The position numbers and the translations under genes are program-made. Under the pieces are notes generated by a model. The model did no database searches. It had not been told where the DNA came from and saw nothing but the letters and a program-made list of their open reading frames with translations. A stretch of DNA of 64,000 bases. Origin: a bacterium. GTDB lineage: Bacteria > Electryoneota > Electryoneia > Electryoneales > Electryoneaceae. This document shows positions 8,678 through 18,018 of this stretch, piece after piece (positions within the stretch are counted from its first letter, which is position 1; every line of letters begins with the position of its first letter). The stretch is taken from NCBI GenBank assembly GCA_963675295.2, contig CAXXKJ010000002.1, positions 3,616,001 through 3,680,000 on the forward strand, given 5' to 3'.

Positions 8678-10306
8678 TTACAGCTCACGGAGATACTGCT
8701 CCACGAACTCGTTCGGACGGGATGCCTTGCCGGTCGCGTTGAGCATCAATTCGTTGTACTCCCACAGGGCACCGTGCTTGAAGATCTGTTCCTTGAACCA
8801 CTCGCCGATGTGGGCGTCATCCATCCACAGCACCGGTTCCTCGAAGTTGAATTGGTTGATCATCGCGGACGCGAACTGCGAGGCGTGCCACTCGCCGAGG
8901 ATGTAGTTGTGTGACTGCACCGGATCCAGCAGCAGCGTCGGGTGCAGTACCCAATCCGCCATCTCCTCACGTCCCGCGGGACGCCGGAGCAGCTGGAAGC
9001 GTTCGACAAGGTCCCACCAGCGGTTCTGCTGGTTCTGGTCGGGATCACGGTACAAACCACGTTCGAAGTGGATCAGCACCATCCGCCAGCGGCCTTCGAT
9101 AATCTGCTGATAGCGAAGTTCGATCGGCAATTTCTTGTCGAGGCCGCGAATCTGGCTGCCGCGAAGCTCGAACATGTTGAGCAACCACTCGAAATCGGTC
9201 GCGCGGCGTGCGAAGAAACGGCCCACGCCTTCCAGTACGCTCGGGTGCGCGGGTTTGCGCAAGGTGTGCGGCAGGTGCTTGTCGATCCGGGCGGTGAAAC
9301 TCGCCTTGCCGAACACACGCAGAATCTCTTCTGCGCTTTCCTTGTTCGGCGCCGGGGACAGCAGCATGCGGAATCCACCGGACCGGTCGAGGTCGGTAAA
9401 CTCCATCTTCGGGTGGACACTGGTCTGCGTGATCGTGTCGTCCTTGAGGATGCGTTCGGTGGGCAGGCCGACGCCGTCAAAGTACTTCGTCGCCCATTCG
9501 AACGGGTCCTTCTCGGCGTACAACGAATCCACGTTGGTCTCAAACACGCCCGGTACTTTCGCGAAGTACGGATCGGAACAGTACCACGGTTCAAGGTTGA
9601 TGGCATCCACGTGGAACTTGTCGGAGAGCAGGCGGTCGAGCTGCGCCTTCATCCGGCGGTATGGCTCCTCCGTGGCGGCGGCGAAGCTGCTGAGCGCGCT
9701 GAACATGCGCGTCTCGTTAATCTCCTGCAGCTCCATGTTCATCCGGTAGAAATCCGGGAATCCGATGGAACGTGCGGCGACATTGCGCGCTTTCGCCAAC
9801 TCAACGATGCTCGGCACCAGCTCGGGGCCGAACGTTTTGCCCGCTTCCCACGCCTGCTTGCGCGCTTCGATGTCGTCACTCTTGGACATCACCCGCTGCA
9901 CCTCGGCCATGGTCGACCGCTGACCATCAAGCTCCGGACGGAAATTGCGGATCTTGGCCTCGAGCGCCTTCTCTTTCGAGACGATGGCGTCATGCACCTC
10001 TTCCGGGTACATGTTCGGCGCCATTTCGAAGCGCATGAGGGTGGCCCAACGGCGCAGCAGGACATCCTGAACGCCTGGATCGGAAAGACGTTCACCGATT
10101 TCGTCAAACAGCTGACGGTCGCCCAGTTCCTTGCGGTAGGCGAGTTCGGCCTCCTGACTCCTGGCCATGGTCTCGTCATCCGGCGACTGCATGGCCTGCC
10201 AGTTTGCCGTGATGCGGCTTACCCGAATCGGGGTGAAACGTTTTTCCGTGGATTCGAGAATATCTCTGAGAGCGCTTTCGACTTCCGGGTTTCCGGTCAC
10301 CGACAT
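8678..10306 (-). CDS. M2/M3 (gluzincin) peptidase homolog lacking HExxH
   Basis: Overall pattern (RKQAWE, ARNVAARSIGFPDFY, FERGLY..PD, WWDLVERFQ, HNYILGE) matches M2/M3; the HEFGH position reads RVFGK. Confidence 0.75.
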   Translation of the reverse strand: MSVTGNPEVESALRDILESTEKRFTPIRVSRITANWQAMQSPDDETMARSQEAELAYRKELGDRQLFDEIGERLSDPGVQDVLLRRWATLMRFEMAPNMYPEEVHDAIVSKEKALEAKIRNFRPELDGQRSTMAEVQRVMSKSDDIEARKQAWEAGKTFGPELVPSIVELAKARNVAARSIGFPDFYRMNMELQEINETRMFSALSSFAAATEEPYRRMKAQLDRLLSDKFHVDAINLEPWYCSDPYFAKVPGVFETNVDSLYAEKDPFEWATKYFDGVGLPTERILKDDTITQTSVHPKMEFTDLDRSGGFRMLLSPAPNKESAEEILRVFGKASFTARIDKHLPHTLRKPAHPSVLEGVGRFFARRATDFEWLLNMFELRGSQIRGLDKKLPIELRYQQIIEGRWRMVLIHFERGLYRDPDQNQQNRWWDLVERFQLLRRPAGREEMADWVLHPTLLLDPVQSHNYILGEWHASQFASAMINQFNFEEPVLWMDDAHIGEWFKEQIFKHGALWEYNELMLNATGKASRPNEFVEQYLREL

Positions 10307-10491
10307 TCTCCTGCTTGGGAAGCTGATGCGGACAAGATGTTTCGCGGACGGGATTTCTCACTCATCCCCGTACAGCCCGGGAAGGTACGTTTGCACGAGG
10401 TTCCAGCGCAAACCTCATTTTCCACTCATCGTTCCTCCCCTCTCAAGGCCAGTGAGAGCGAATATGCTTTGGATGTGTTACCTTTTTCACC

Positions 10492-11217
10492 ATGGCGCAA
10501 CTTGAAGTGTACCGCATCGAACGCGACCAGCTGGATGAAGCCGCCGGAACCGCTGTACTTACTGGCGATGAGGCGCATCACCTGCTCCGGGTCCGGCGTG
10601 CAAATCCCGGCGACCGGGTGATGCTGATCGACGGACTCGGGACCGCATGGTCTGCCGAGCTGCGTGAGGTGGACGGAAAAACTGCGCTCTTCTCAGTGGA
10701 CGAACGATTCGATTCCTGGCGTGAGCCGCCGGTTCAGGTGCATCTAGGGTTGGCGACTCTGAAAGGCGACCACTGGTTTTCGGCGTTGGACGGCTGCGTG
10801 CAAGCTGGAGTCCACGAAGTGACACCGCTGACCTGCGAACGATCCATCGCTGGCTGGAAGGACAACAAAGCGGTGCGGGCGGAGCGTCGCTCGCTCGAGG
10901 CAGCGAAACAGTGTGGGCGTGGCAGCGTGCCTCCGGTACACCCGGTACAACCCCTCGCAGCGTGGTGCATCCAAGTTGCAGACGCAACGCACAAGCTGAT
11001 CGCCGAGCCGGGCGGCGAACCGCTGCCCGTGTTGAACCGAGGTGAGACCGCGGCAATCGCGATCGGCCCGGAAGGCGGATTCACCGACGCAGAACTGGAA
11101 CAGTTCGCTGAGCACGGCTTCAGCCGGGTGGATCTGGGGCCGCGACGGTTCCGGGCGGAAATGGCGGCGATGGTGAGTGTTGCACGGCTGGTTGGCCAGG
11201 CTGAATCAGCCACGTGA
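10492..11217 (+). CDS. rsmE: 16S rRNA m3U1498 methyltransferase
   Basis: HHLLRVRR, EAAKQCGR, IGPEGGF, LGPRRFRAEMA. Confidence 0.93.
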   Translation: MAQLEVYRIERDQLDEAAGTAVLTGDEAHHLLRVRRANPGDRVMLIDGLGTAWSAELREVDGKTALFSVDERFDSWREPPVQVHLGLATLKGDHWFSALDGCVQAGVHEVTPLTCERSIAGWKDNKAVRAERRSLEAAKQCGRGSVPPVHPVQPLAAWCIQVADATHKLIAEPGGEPLPVLNRGETAAIAIGPEGGFTDAELEQFAEHGFSRVDLGPRRFRAEMAAMVSVARLVGQAESAT

Positions 11218-11266
11218 GACAGAACCACACATTTTCAAGATAACCTGAAACGAAGAGACGAGACCC

Positions 11267-12238
11267 ATGGCTGACACGCACTACCAGGTGATTATCCTCG
11301 GCAGCGGCCCGGCTGGCTACACGGCCGCGATCTACGCATCCCGCGCCCATTTGAAAGTGTTGCTGCTGGAAGGTTTGAACTCCGGCGGGCAGCTGATGAT
11401 CACCACTGACGTGGAAAACTACCCGGGCTTCCCGGAAGGTGTCACCGGCCCGGACATGATGGCCGACTTCCGCAAGCAGGCGGAACGCTTCGGCACCGAG
11501 ATGGTTGCGATGGACGCGGTCAAGGTTGACCTCACCAGCGGCCGCCCGTTCAAGGTGTGGACCGATGAAACCGAATACACCGCCGACTCGGTGATCATTT
11601 CCACCGGCGCGACCGCACGTTACCTCGGCATCGAGAGCGAAGAGAAGCTGAAGGGCTTCGGCGTCTCGGCGTGCGCAACTTGCGACGGATTCTTCTTCAC
11701 CGGCAAGGAAGTCGCGGTTATCGGTGGTGGCGACACGGCGATGGAAGAAGCGACGTACCTGACGCGTCACTGCACCAAGGTGCACGTGATTCACCGTCGT
11801 GACGAGCTGCGCGCGTCCAAGATCATGCAGAAGCGCGCGTTGAACAACGAAAAGATCGTCATGCACTGGAACATGACGGTTGCCGAGGTGCTTGGCGACA
11901 CCGAAAACGGCGTCACCGGCCTTAAGCTGGAAGACACCGTGACAGGCGAATACAGCGAGCTGCCGGTGGAAGGCATGTTCGTCGCAATCGGCCACAAGCC
12001 GAACACCGAACTGTTTGAAGGCGTGCTCGACCTCGACGAAACCGGCTACATCAAGGCCGTACCGGGCAGCAGCTACACGAACATCGAAGGCGTGTTCGCT
12101 GCGGGCGATGTGCGTGACAGCGTCTACCGCCAGGCGATTACCGCCGCCGGCACCGGTTGCATGGCCGCGATCGACGCCGAACGCTGGCTCGAAGCACAGG
12201 AAGACGCGGAAGAAGTTGAAGCGGTTGAGGCGAAGTAG
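11267..12238 (+). CDS. trxB: Thioredoxin reductase
   Basis: GSGPAGYTAA, CATCDG, GGGDTA, RQAITAAGTGC. Confidence 0.97.
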   Translation: MADTHYQVIILGSGPAGYTAAIYASRAHLKVLLLEGLNSGGQLMITTDVENYPGFPEGVTGPDMMADFRKQAERFGTEMVAMDAVKVDLTSGRPFKVWTDETEYTADSVIISTGATARYLGIESEEKLKGFGVSACATCDGFFFTGKEVAVIGGGDTAMEEATYLTRHCTKVHVIHRRDELRASKIMQKRALNNEKIVMHWNMTVAEVLGDTENGVTGLKLEDTVTGEYSELPVEGMFVAIGHKPNTELFEGVLDLDETGYIKAVPGSSYTNIEGVFAAGDVRDSVYRQAITAAGTGCMAAIDAERWLEAQEDAEEVEAVEAK

Positions 12239-12278
12239 AGAGCCTTTGGCGCAGTGTGGCGTACGTGATATAATCAAT

Positions 12279-12305
12279 AACCCGGCTGAGAATCAGCCGG
12301 GTTTT
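12279..12305 (+). terminator. Intrinsic terminator after trxB
   Basis: AACCCGGCTGA-GAA-TCAGCCGGGTT then T-run. Confidence 0.75.
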
Positions 12306-12415
12306 ATTTGGAACGCGATTTTGACATGCCAATCGGGAACGTGACGGTCATCCAGCCGGTTTTCTTGCCATGTTGCGGATGTACATTCGGCAATCACGTG
12401 TGAAGGGGGACCACC

Positions 12416-13789
12416 GTGAACAAACGGCCCGCAGCCAACAGCAACAACACTCTTTCAACCAACAAACTGTACACCATCCTCGAAAGCATTTCGGACGGTG
12501 TGATGGCGGTGGATCTGGACGGACGTGTGGTGTATTTCAACCGCGCGGCAGAACGGATCACTGGGATCGCACGCGCCGAGGCACTGGAAAAACCGTGCCG
12601 GGACGTGATGAACGTGGTCAACCACACCTGCGCGATCGAGGAAACGCTGCGTACCGGCGAGCAAGTGATCAATCGCTACGTCTGCCTGCTTTCGGCTGCC
12701 GGTGAACGAACCCCCATCAGCGTATCGACAGCACTCCTTCGCAACCGGCACAGGGAAGTCACCGGTGCTGTCGAAACCTTCCGGGATCTGACCCAGGTTG
12801 AGGAGCTGCGCAAATCGATCGAGGGTTTGCACTCGTTCAGCAACATGATCGGCCGCAGCAAACCGATGAGCGAGTTGTTTGAGACCCTCCCACTGATCGC
12901 CGCCAGTGATTCCAACGTGCTGATCCGTGGCGAAAACGGGACCGGCAAGGAGCTGGTCGCGCGCGCGATCCATGCTCACAGTACGCGCTGTGACAAACCG
13001 ATGGTTTCGGTCAATGTGGCGGCAATTCCGGAAACGTTGCTCGAATCCGAATTATTCGGTCACACCGCCGGTGCGTTCACCGGCGCGCGTTCCGCCCACA
13101 TGGGTCGTTTCGAACGCGCGGATGGCGGCACGTTGTTTCTCGACGAAATCGGCGACTTGTCGGTTACATTGCAGGTCAAGCTGCTGCGCGCATTGCAGGA
13201 AGGTGAAATCGAACCGGTAGGCGCTGAAGGTCCACGCAAGGTGGATGTCCGAGTCGTCGCGGCAACCAACAGCGACCTGCCGCGCATGATCGAGGAAAAC
13301 ACATTCCGGCGTGACCTGTATTACCGGTTGAATGTGGTTGAGCTGTGTGTGCCGCGGTTGCGTGACCGTCCCGAGGACATCCCGTTGCTCATCGACCACT
13401 TCATCGGTCGCTTCAACCAGTTAAAGTCGAAGGACATCTCCGGCATTCATCCGAACGCGATGCATACCCTGCTGAACCACGAGTACCCGGGCAATGTCCG
13501 TGAGCTGGAGAATATCATCGAACATGCCTTCGTGCTCTGCCCGGGCGGAATCATCCGTCCTGAACATCTGCCTCGCTCGCTGCGCGGGGTTACTCCTACT
13601 CCGGTGGTGCAGGTTTCCGGCACCCTGGAACAGATGGAAATCCTCACCATCACCGCAGCGCTGAAACGCAACAGCTTCAAACGCAAGGAAACGGCTGCCG
13701 AGCTGGGCATTGACCCCTCTACCCTGTACCGCAAGATTCGCAAACACAAGATCATCATTCCCGAGAGCACCGAGACATCGACAGGCTGA
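12416..13789 (+). CDS. PAS-domain sigma-54-dependent transcriptional activator (Fis-type HTH)
   Basis: N-terminal [39 protein letters not shown]-terminal HTH. Confidence 0.95.
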   Translation: MNKRPAANSNNTLSTNKLYTILESISDGVMAVDLDGRVVYFNRAAERITGIARAEALEKPCRDVMNVVNHTCAIEETLRTGEQVINRYVCLLSAAGERTPISVSTALLRNRHREVTGAVETFRDLTQVEELRKSIEGLHSFSNMIGRSKPMSELFETLPLIAASDSNVLIRGENGTGKELVARAIHAHSTRCDKPMVSVNVAAIPETLLESELFGHTAGAFTGARSAHMGRFERADGGTLFLDEIGDLSVTLQVKLLRALQEGEIEPVGAEGPRKVDVRVVAATNSDLPRMIEENTFRRDLYYRLNVVELCVPRLRDRPEDIPLLIDHFIGRFNQLKSKDISGIHPNAMHTLLNHEYPGNVRELENIIEHAFVLCPGGIIRPEHLPRSLRGVTPTPVVQVSGTLEQMEILTITAALKRNSFKRKETAAELGIDPSTLYRKIRKHKIIIPESTETSTG

Positions 13790-13801
13790 TGCGATTTCCG
13801 G

Positions 13802-13945
13802 CGTGCAAAATGAACGGTAGCACACCAATCATCGTGCATTTTGCGCGACGCTTTTCGAAACCTGACTAGCCGATCTGGTAATTCATGATATCGTAATGAA
13901 TTACCACGATACGCTGAGCCTCCGAACTTTCGTGCAATTTGCAAT
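13802..13945. promoter_or_regulatory. Three CGTGCA-N3-TG(C/A) imperfect palindromes, candidate activator binding sites
   Basis: cgtgcaaaatgaacg 13802-13816, cgtgcattttgcgcg 13833-13847, cgtgcaatttgcaat 13931-13945. Confidence 0.55.
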
Positions 13946-14058
13946 CCAATCCGTTCAGTAATGTCGATTCCTGCTCGGACGAAGCTATCTCACTGCATTA
14001 AATACCTATTAATTATTGATTTACTTTCACATCTCCTTCCCTTTCCCACTTTCCGAAC

Positions 14059-14074
14059 TGGCACACCTCTTGTA
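14059..14074 (+). promoter_or_regulatory. Sigma-54 (-24/-12) promoter
   Basis: TGGCAC-ACCTC-TTGTA (GT instead of GC at -12), ~40 bp before the next ATG and downstream of a sigma-54 activator gene. Confidence 0.7.
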
Positions 14075-14114
14075 GTACCTCGGGTAAAACACAAACTCAA
14101 CGTTGGAGGACAAC

Positions 14115-14495
14115 ATGATCGGCCTGGATCGATTGATGAAACAGCCCGGGGTTGTTGCCGCCGGCCAGTTCGACGACAAGGGTAATATCGTGCGCAGCGT
14201 GGGCGAGTTCCCGAAAGGCGCGATGGAGCAGATCGCACACATCTGCAAGCGTGACCAGAAAATGATGCGCCGCACCGCCGCGATGCTGCAAGATGCCAGT
14301 GATCTGGCCTGGTTGCCGATGAATGGCTGGATGATGTGGGGTGGGAACTACGCGCTCTGCATTGTGCAGTCGACGGGTGTGATCGTGGACGCGGCACGAG
14401 CCGACTTCAACCAGTTGATGGTTGATCTGTTCCTGCCCGAACCCACAGGTGCCAAACCCCACGGCTGGGAAAAATCGGTCAGTGCAACGTCCTGA
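14115..14495 (+). CDS. DUF2173-family (roadblock/LC7-like) protein
   Basis: LDRLMKQPGVVAAGQF..G..GWMMWGGNYALCI..ADFNQL; GGAGGA RBS. Confidence 0.75.
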   Translation: MIGLDRLMKQPGVVAAGQFDDKGNIVRSVGEFPKGAMEQIAHICKRDQKMMRRTAAMLQDASDLAWLPMNGWMMWGGNYALCIVQSTGVIVDAARADFNQLMVDLFLPEPTGAKPHGWEKSVSATS

Positions 14496-14525
14496 GAACG
14501 GGACATTTTACACGAGAGGTGACAC

Positions 14526-14714
14526 ATGGAAGCGGAAAAGAAAGAAAAGAAGCTGGGCAAGGGCGTGCGTCACGACAGCGCCCGCCCGATGCAGTGCTAC
14601 ATGGACCCGGAAGGTGTCCTGTGGTTGTGTGACAAGCCGATTGATCCGGCCAAGCCGATGAAGGACCAGGCGTGCTGGCGTTCTGACGAGGTTTACTTCA
14701 CCCGCGTGAATTGA
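14526..14714 (+). CDS. Small 62-aa protein with three Cys, function unknown
   Basis: GAGAGGTGA RBS, GC3-biased codons, operon position. Confidence 0.7.
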   Translation: MEAEKKEKKLGKGVRHDSARPMQCYMDPEGVLWLCDKPIDPAKPMKDQACWRSDEVYFTRVN

Positions 14715-14838
14715 CGTCCGTCCGATCCATCCGGCAAGACCTTGTTCTTATTCAAGCACCCTCACGCTCGCGTGCACGGAACTTGACAGCCGTTGAATTC
14801 CGTGCACTGCTGCTGCCGTGAATTGGGCATAAGAAACG

Positions 14839-15870
14839 ATGGTTGCGCCCATGCGTGACGTGATCCTGACATCGTTGATGATAACCAGCTTCATCTTCAT
14901 GATGATGCTGGTTATCGAATACTTGAATGTGCTTTCGCAGGGATCCTGGCAGAACCTGCTCCGTTCGAACCGTTTCAGCCAGTACCTTTTTGGCGCGGTT
15001 CTGGGCTCGATTCCCGGGTGCCTCGGTGCATTTGCAGCGGTATCTCTGTATTCCCACGGTAGTATCACCCTTGGAGCCCTTGTCACCGTCATGATTGCCA
15101 CCAGTGGGGATGAAGCGTTCTACATGCTGGCGACCGTTCCATCAACCTTCGTTCTGCTCACCACGCTCCTCATCGTCATTGGCATTGCAGCCGGGTTCCT
15201 GACCGATCTCCTGGTAACGCGAAGGGGCAGCCATCGGTCACATGCCTGCGATGAACTGGTGATTCATGAAACCGAATCGTGTGTTTGTTACTCCCGTGGC
15301 GCGTTCGCCCGGAACCTCAAACATCTGACCCCCTCTCGCGGCATGTTGCTGACCACTCTGGTGATCATTCTGGTACTACTCACCGTGGGAATCATCGGAC
15401 CGAAAACGTGGAACTGGGTTCGTGTCACGCTGCTGCTCGTCTCTGTCGCCGGATTGTTTATTGTAACGACGGTTCCCGAACACTTTCTAGAAGCGCATTT
15501 ATGGAATCATGTGGCGAAGAAACACATCCCAACTGTTTTCATCTGGACCTTCGGAACACTTCTCGCCATTCAAATTCTGCAGCATATTGTCGAACTTGAA
15601 ACGATGGTGCATGAAGGACGATTGCTCATCCTGATCGCTGCGGTCATTGTGGGAGTTATTCCGGAATCCGGTCCTCATCTGCTTTTTGTTACCATGTATA
15701 CACAGGGTATGCTCCCATTCAGCATCCTGATGGCCAATTCCATCGTGCAAGATGGCCACGGTATGCTCCCGCTGCTTGCCCACTCAAGAAAGGACTTTGT
15801 GGCAATCAAAGGTATCAACCTGGGGACGGGTTTCCTGATCGGTGTGATCGGGTACTTCATGGGGTGGTAA
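14839..15870 (+). CDS. DUF2899/ArsP_2-type multi-TM metal transporter
   Basis: IPGCLGAF, IATSGDEAF, IPESGPHL, SIVQDGHGMLPLL; His/Cys-rich central loop. Confidence 0.8.
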   Translation: MVAPMRDVILTSLMITSFIFMMMLVIEYLNVLSQGSWQNLLRSNRFSQYLFGAVLGSIPGCLGAFAAVSLYSHGSITLGALVTVMIATSGDEAFYMLATVPSTFVLLTTLLIVIGIAAGFLTDLLVTRRGSHRSHACDELVIHETESCVCYSRGAFARNLKHLTPSRGMLLTTLVIILVLLTVGIIGPKTWNWVRVTLLLVSVAGLFIVTTVPEHFLEAHLWNHVAKKHIPTVFIWTFGTLLAIQILQHIVELETMVHEGRLLILIAAVIVGVIPESGPHLLFVTMYTQGMLPFSILMANSIVQDGHGMLPLLAHSRKDFVAIKGINLGTGFLIGVIGYFMGW

Positions 15871-15939
15871 CGTGATTTTAACATTCTGATATGGAAAGAT
15901 AATACAATACGAACGCTTACAGTTTCACTGGAGGTTGTC

Positions 15940-16260
15940 ATGAAAGAGCTGACAATTGATACATCTGCGATGGCATGGGAGGTTGCTGACGGGTACCCGG
16001 AAGGTGCCATGCAGAGAGTGTTGGATGAAGGTTCCGATTCATCACCTCGCTCGATTCTCCTGCGAATTGAACCGGGTTGGGCTATGACGGAACACTCGCA
16101 CGTGTTTACTGAACTTCATTACGTGTTGGAGGGTGAATACGAGAGCGATGGAGAAGTTCATCAAGCGGGGACATTCCGGCTGATCCCCCGCCACACAAAC
16201 CACGGCCCGTTTTCAACCTCAACGGGTGCCGTCATCCTGATTGTGTGGATCAAGGACTGA
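15940..16260 (+). CDS. ChrR-like cupin domain protein
   Basis: EHSH..ELHYVLEG..HGP cupin metal motif. Confidence 0.8.
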   Translation: MKELTIDTSAMAWEVADGYPEGAMQRVLDEGSDSSPRSILLRIEPGWAMTEHSHVFTELHYVLEGEYESDGEVHQAGTFRLIPRHTNHGPFSTSTGAVILIVWIKD

Positions 16261-16287
16261 ACTGGAAGCGACATACAGTGATCCAGG

Positions 16288-16321
16288 AATGCCCGCGCCA
16301 TGCTTGTGACGCGGGCATTTT
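16288..16321. terminator. Terminator hairpin between convergent genes
   Basis: AATGCCCGCG...CGCGGGCATT-TT. Confidence 0.7.
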
Positions 16322-16359
16322 CAGCAGCGGTTAGCAACAGCAGGCAGCGTTGTCAGCGT

Positions 16360-17142
16360 TTATAACACATCGATCATCGGTTCGGGTAAAGCGGCCAGCA
16401 GGAACATGGTGTAGATCCCGATCAGCGTGATGATCGCTCCACCGACCAGCAGCAGCGCCAGTCCGAGCCAGTTGCGCTCGCCGTCCCGGACGACGACCGT
16501 CTTCGCGACCATGTCAAATGCGCGTTGCCGGTTCGGGGTGAACGGGATGAACAAGGCATCCAGCGCGAGGATGTCGAAATAGTACGATAGCCGCCGCACC
16601 AGCGCCGTGCCGAGATGGATTGGCGACCCGTCCTCTTTCAGCACCCGCATGCCGAGCATCCGCTTGCCGACCGTCCAGCCGAACACCGATTCCATCACCG
16701 GGAAATAGAGCAACGCGATGCCGGTTGCGGTTAACGCGGTCAACGAAATCAGCACCAACTCGAACGCGTTGATGTGCACCTGTGGCGGAGCAACCCCACC
16801 CCAGTTGAACGAGAAGAACACGTCCGGATCGGCCAGCCCCATCGGCACCACCAGCAGCAGAAACACACCAGGGAAGATGAACATCGTCGACAGGGCGGCG
16901 TCCAGCATGAACGCGACAAACCGCTCGAGGATGTTCGCATACTTGAGTGGACGCGATTGCATGAATTCGGCAGCCACCTGGCGCGGTGGGCCGAGTTTGG
17001 TCGCGATCTCGTCCTCACTGAGCCCCGCTTCCTGCATCGCCATCACCTGCTCGCGCAGGTCGGTAAGAAATCGATCTTTATCGGCACTCTTGGCCGCGAG
17101 GTGCATGCGCACGTCTCGGAAATAATGTTCAAGCCTGCTCAT
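16360..17142 (-). CDS. RDD-family membrane protein with N-terminal HAAS/DUF1700-like helical domain
   Basis: LGPPRQVAAEF N-terminal motif; RFVAFMLD, GWTVGKRMLGMRV, RQRAFDMVAKTVVV. Confidence 0.85.
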   Translation of the reverse strand: MSRLEHYFRDVRMHLAAKSADKDRFLTDLREQVMAMQEAGLSEDEIATKLGPPRQVAAEFMQSRPLKYANILERFVAFMLDAALSTMFIFPGVFLLLVVPMGLADPDVFFSFNWGGVAPPQVHINAFELVLISLTALTATGIALLYFPVMESVFGWTVGKRMLGMRVLKEDGSPIHLGTALVRRLSYYFDILALDALFIPFTPNRQRAFDMVAKTVVVRDGERNWLGLALLLVGGAIITLIGIYTMFLLAALPEPMIDVL

Positions 17143-17482
17143 GGTTGTCCTCCCTGCCTGCGATGAATCCGTCCACTACATCCCGAAACGCCTGCCACTC
17201 CTTCAGCAGGTCGCTGAGACGGACTCGTCCCTTGTCTGTCAGCTTGTAGTACTTGCGCGGCACGCCCCGTTTCGGGTTGTCGCGGTACGATTCGATGTAG
17301 CCATCATCCTCGAGCCGGTACAGTACGGGGTACAGCGTGCCTTCCTTGATCTGGAAGAAGTCCCCGCCGCGCCGCTCGAGGGTTGAGACGATGTCGTAGC
17401 CGTACCGGTCCTCCCCGTCGAGCATCGTCAGCAGGACAAGCTCGATGGTGCCGCGTTTCAGTTCCCGCCGTACAGCTTCCAT
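17129..17482 (-). CDS. PadR-family transcriptional regulator
   Basis: YGYDI, EGTLYPVLYRLE, RKYYKLTDKG. Confidence 0.93.
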   Translation of the reverse strand: MEAVRRELKRGTIELVLLTMLDGEDRYGYDIVSTLERRGGDFFQIKEGTLYPVLYRLEDDGYIESYRDNPKRGVPRKYYKLTDKGRVRLSDLLKEWQAFRDVVDGFIAGREDNHEQA

Positions 17483-17493
17483 CTCGGCCTCAC

Positions 17494-17546
17494 GATATAC
17501 TTTGTGTACCTAGGTATATGGTAGCAGAAATTAGTTGGTGAGTCAA
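17494..17546 (-). promoter_or_regulatory. Sigma-70 promoter with adjacent palindromic operator for padR
   Basis: TTGACT-17bp-TACCAT on minus strand; ATATAC...GTATAT and TACCTAGGTA palindromes just downstream. Confidence 0.65.
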
Positions 17547-17603
17547 GAGGGAACTCGGCGAACAAGTGGAATCGTGCTCGCGGAGGTGGGTTGAGGGGAC
17601 GGG

Positions 17604-17645
17604 CTGCGGTCGTCGGACTGCGGAGGGCGGACTGCGGACGGCGGT
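17604..17645. repeat. Heptamer array CTGCGGA-like x6 (reverse complement of the CCGCAGT family)
   Basis: ctgcggt cgtcgga ctgcgga gggcgga ctgcgga cggcggt. Confidence 0.8.
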
Positions 17646-17679
17646 ATAGCGTCGTGTCCTGATATGTGCTTGTTTGTGC

Positions 17680-17793
17680 GTCATGCTGAACGGAACGAAG
17701 AGAAGTGAAGCATCTACTCGATCCGACGGTAACGGTTCCAGGTTGAACCCTCACCGGTACATCAAGTAGATTCTTCACTTCGTTCAGGATGAC
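17680..17793. repeat. 114-bp palindromic miniature element (GTCAT.CTGAACG ... CGTTCAG.ATGAC type)
   Basis: GTCATGCTGAACG..GAAGTGAAGCATCTACT pairs with AGTAGATTCTTCACTTCGTTCAGGATGAC. Confidence 0.75.
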
Positions 17794-17830
17794 ACAATTT
17801 TGTCTTCTTTACCTGTCAGCACTTATTTTT

Positions 17831-18018
17831 ATTTTCTATTCCTTACTTTTCTCGTCTATTTCCGTCTATTCCTGTCTTTTATTATCCGCTCCTGTCTGTT
17901 CCTGCCTGTTCCTGTCTTTTACTATCCGTTCCTGTCTTTTACTGTCTGTTCCTGTCCTTTACTTCTCTTGCGTCCGTTGCGTCAGTTGCTTCTTTTTGCA
18001 TCTGTTGCATTTTTAGCG
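17831..18018. repeat. Decamer array (CCTGTCT(G/T)TT ~x13, 17831-17960) followed by nonamer array (TTGCGTCAG-like, 17968-18018)
   Basis: Periodicity read directly; the nonamer array abuts the stop at 18019. Confidence 0.85.

Noticed and set aside
8942-10621. 559-aa plus-strand ORF and similar long antisense ORFs (32579, 36226, 60700, 63375)
   Set aside because: Shadow frames of real genes in GC-rich DNA, with no motifs or RBS
14715-14838. yybP-ykoY manganese riboswitch before the DUF2899 transporter
   Set aside because: Only a simple GTGCACGGAA/TTCCGTGCAC hairpin; the conserved GGGGAGTAG and GAGACC elements are absent
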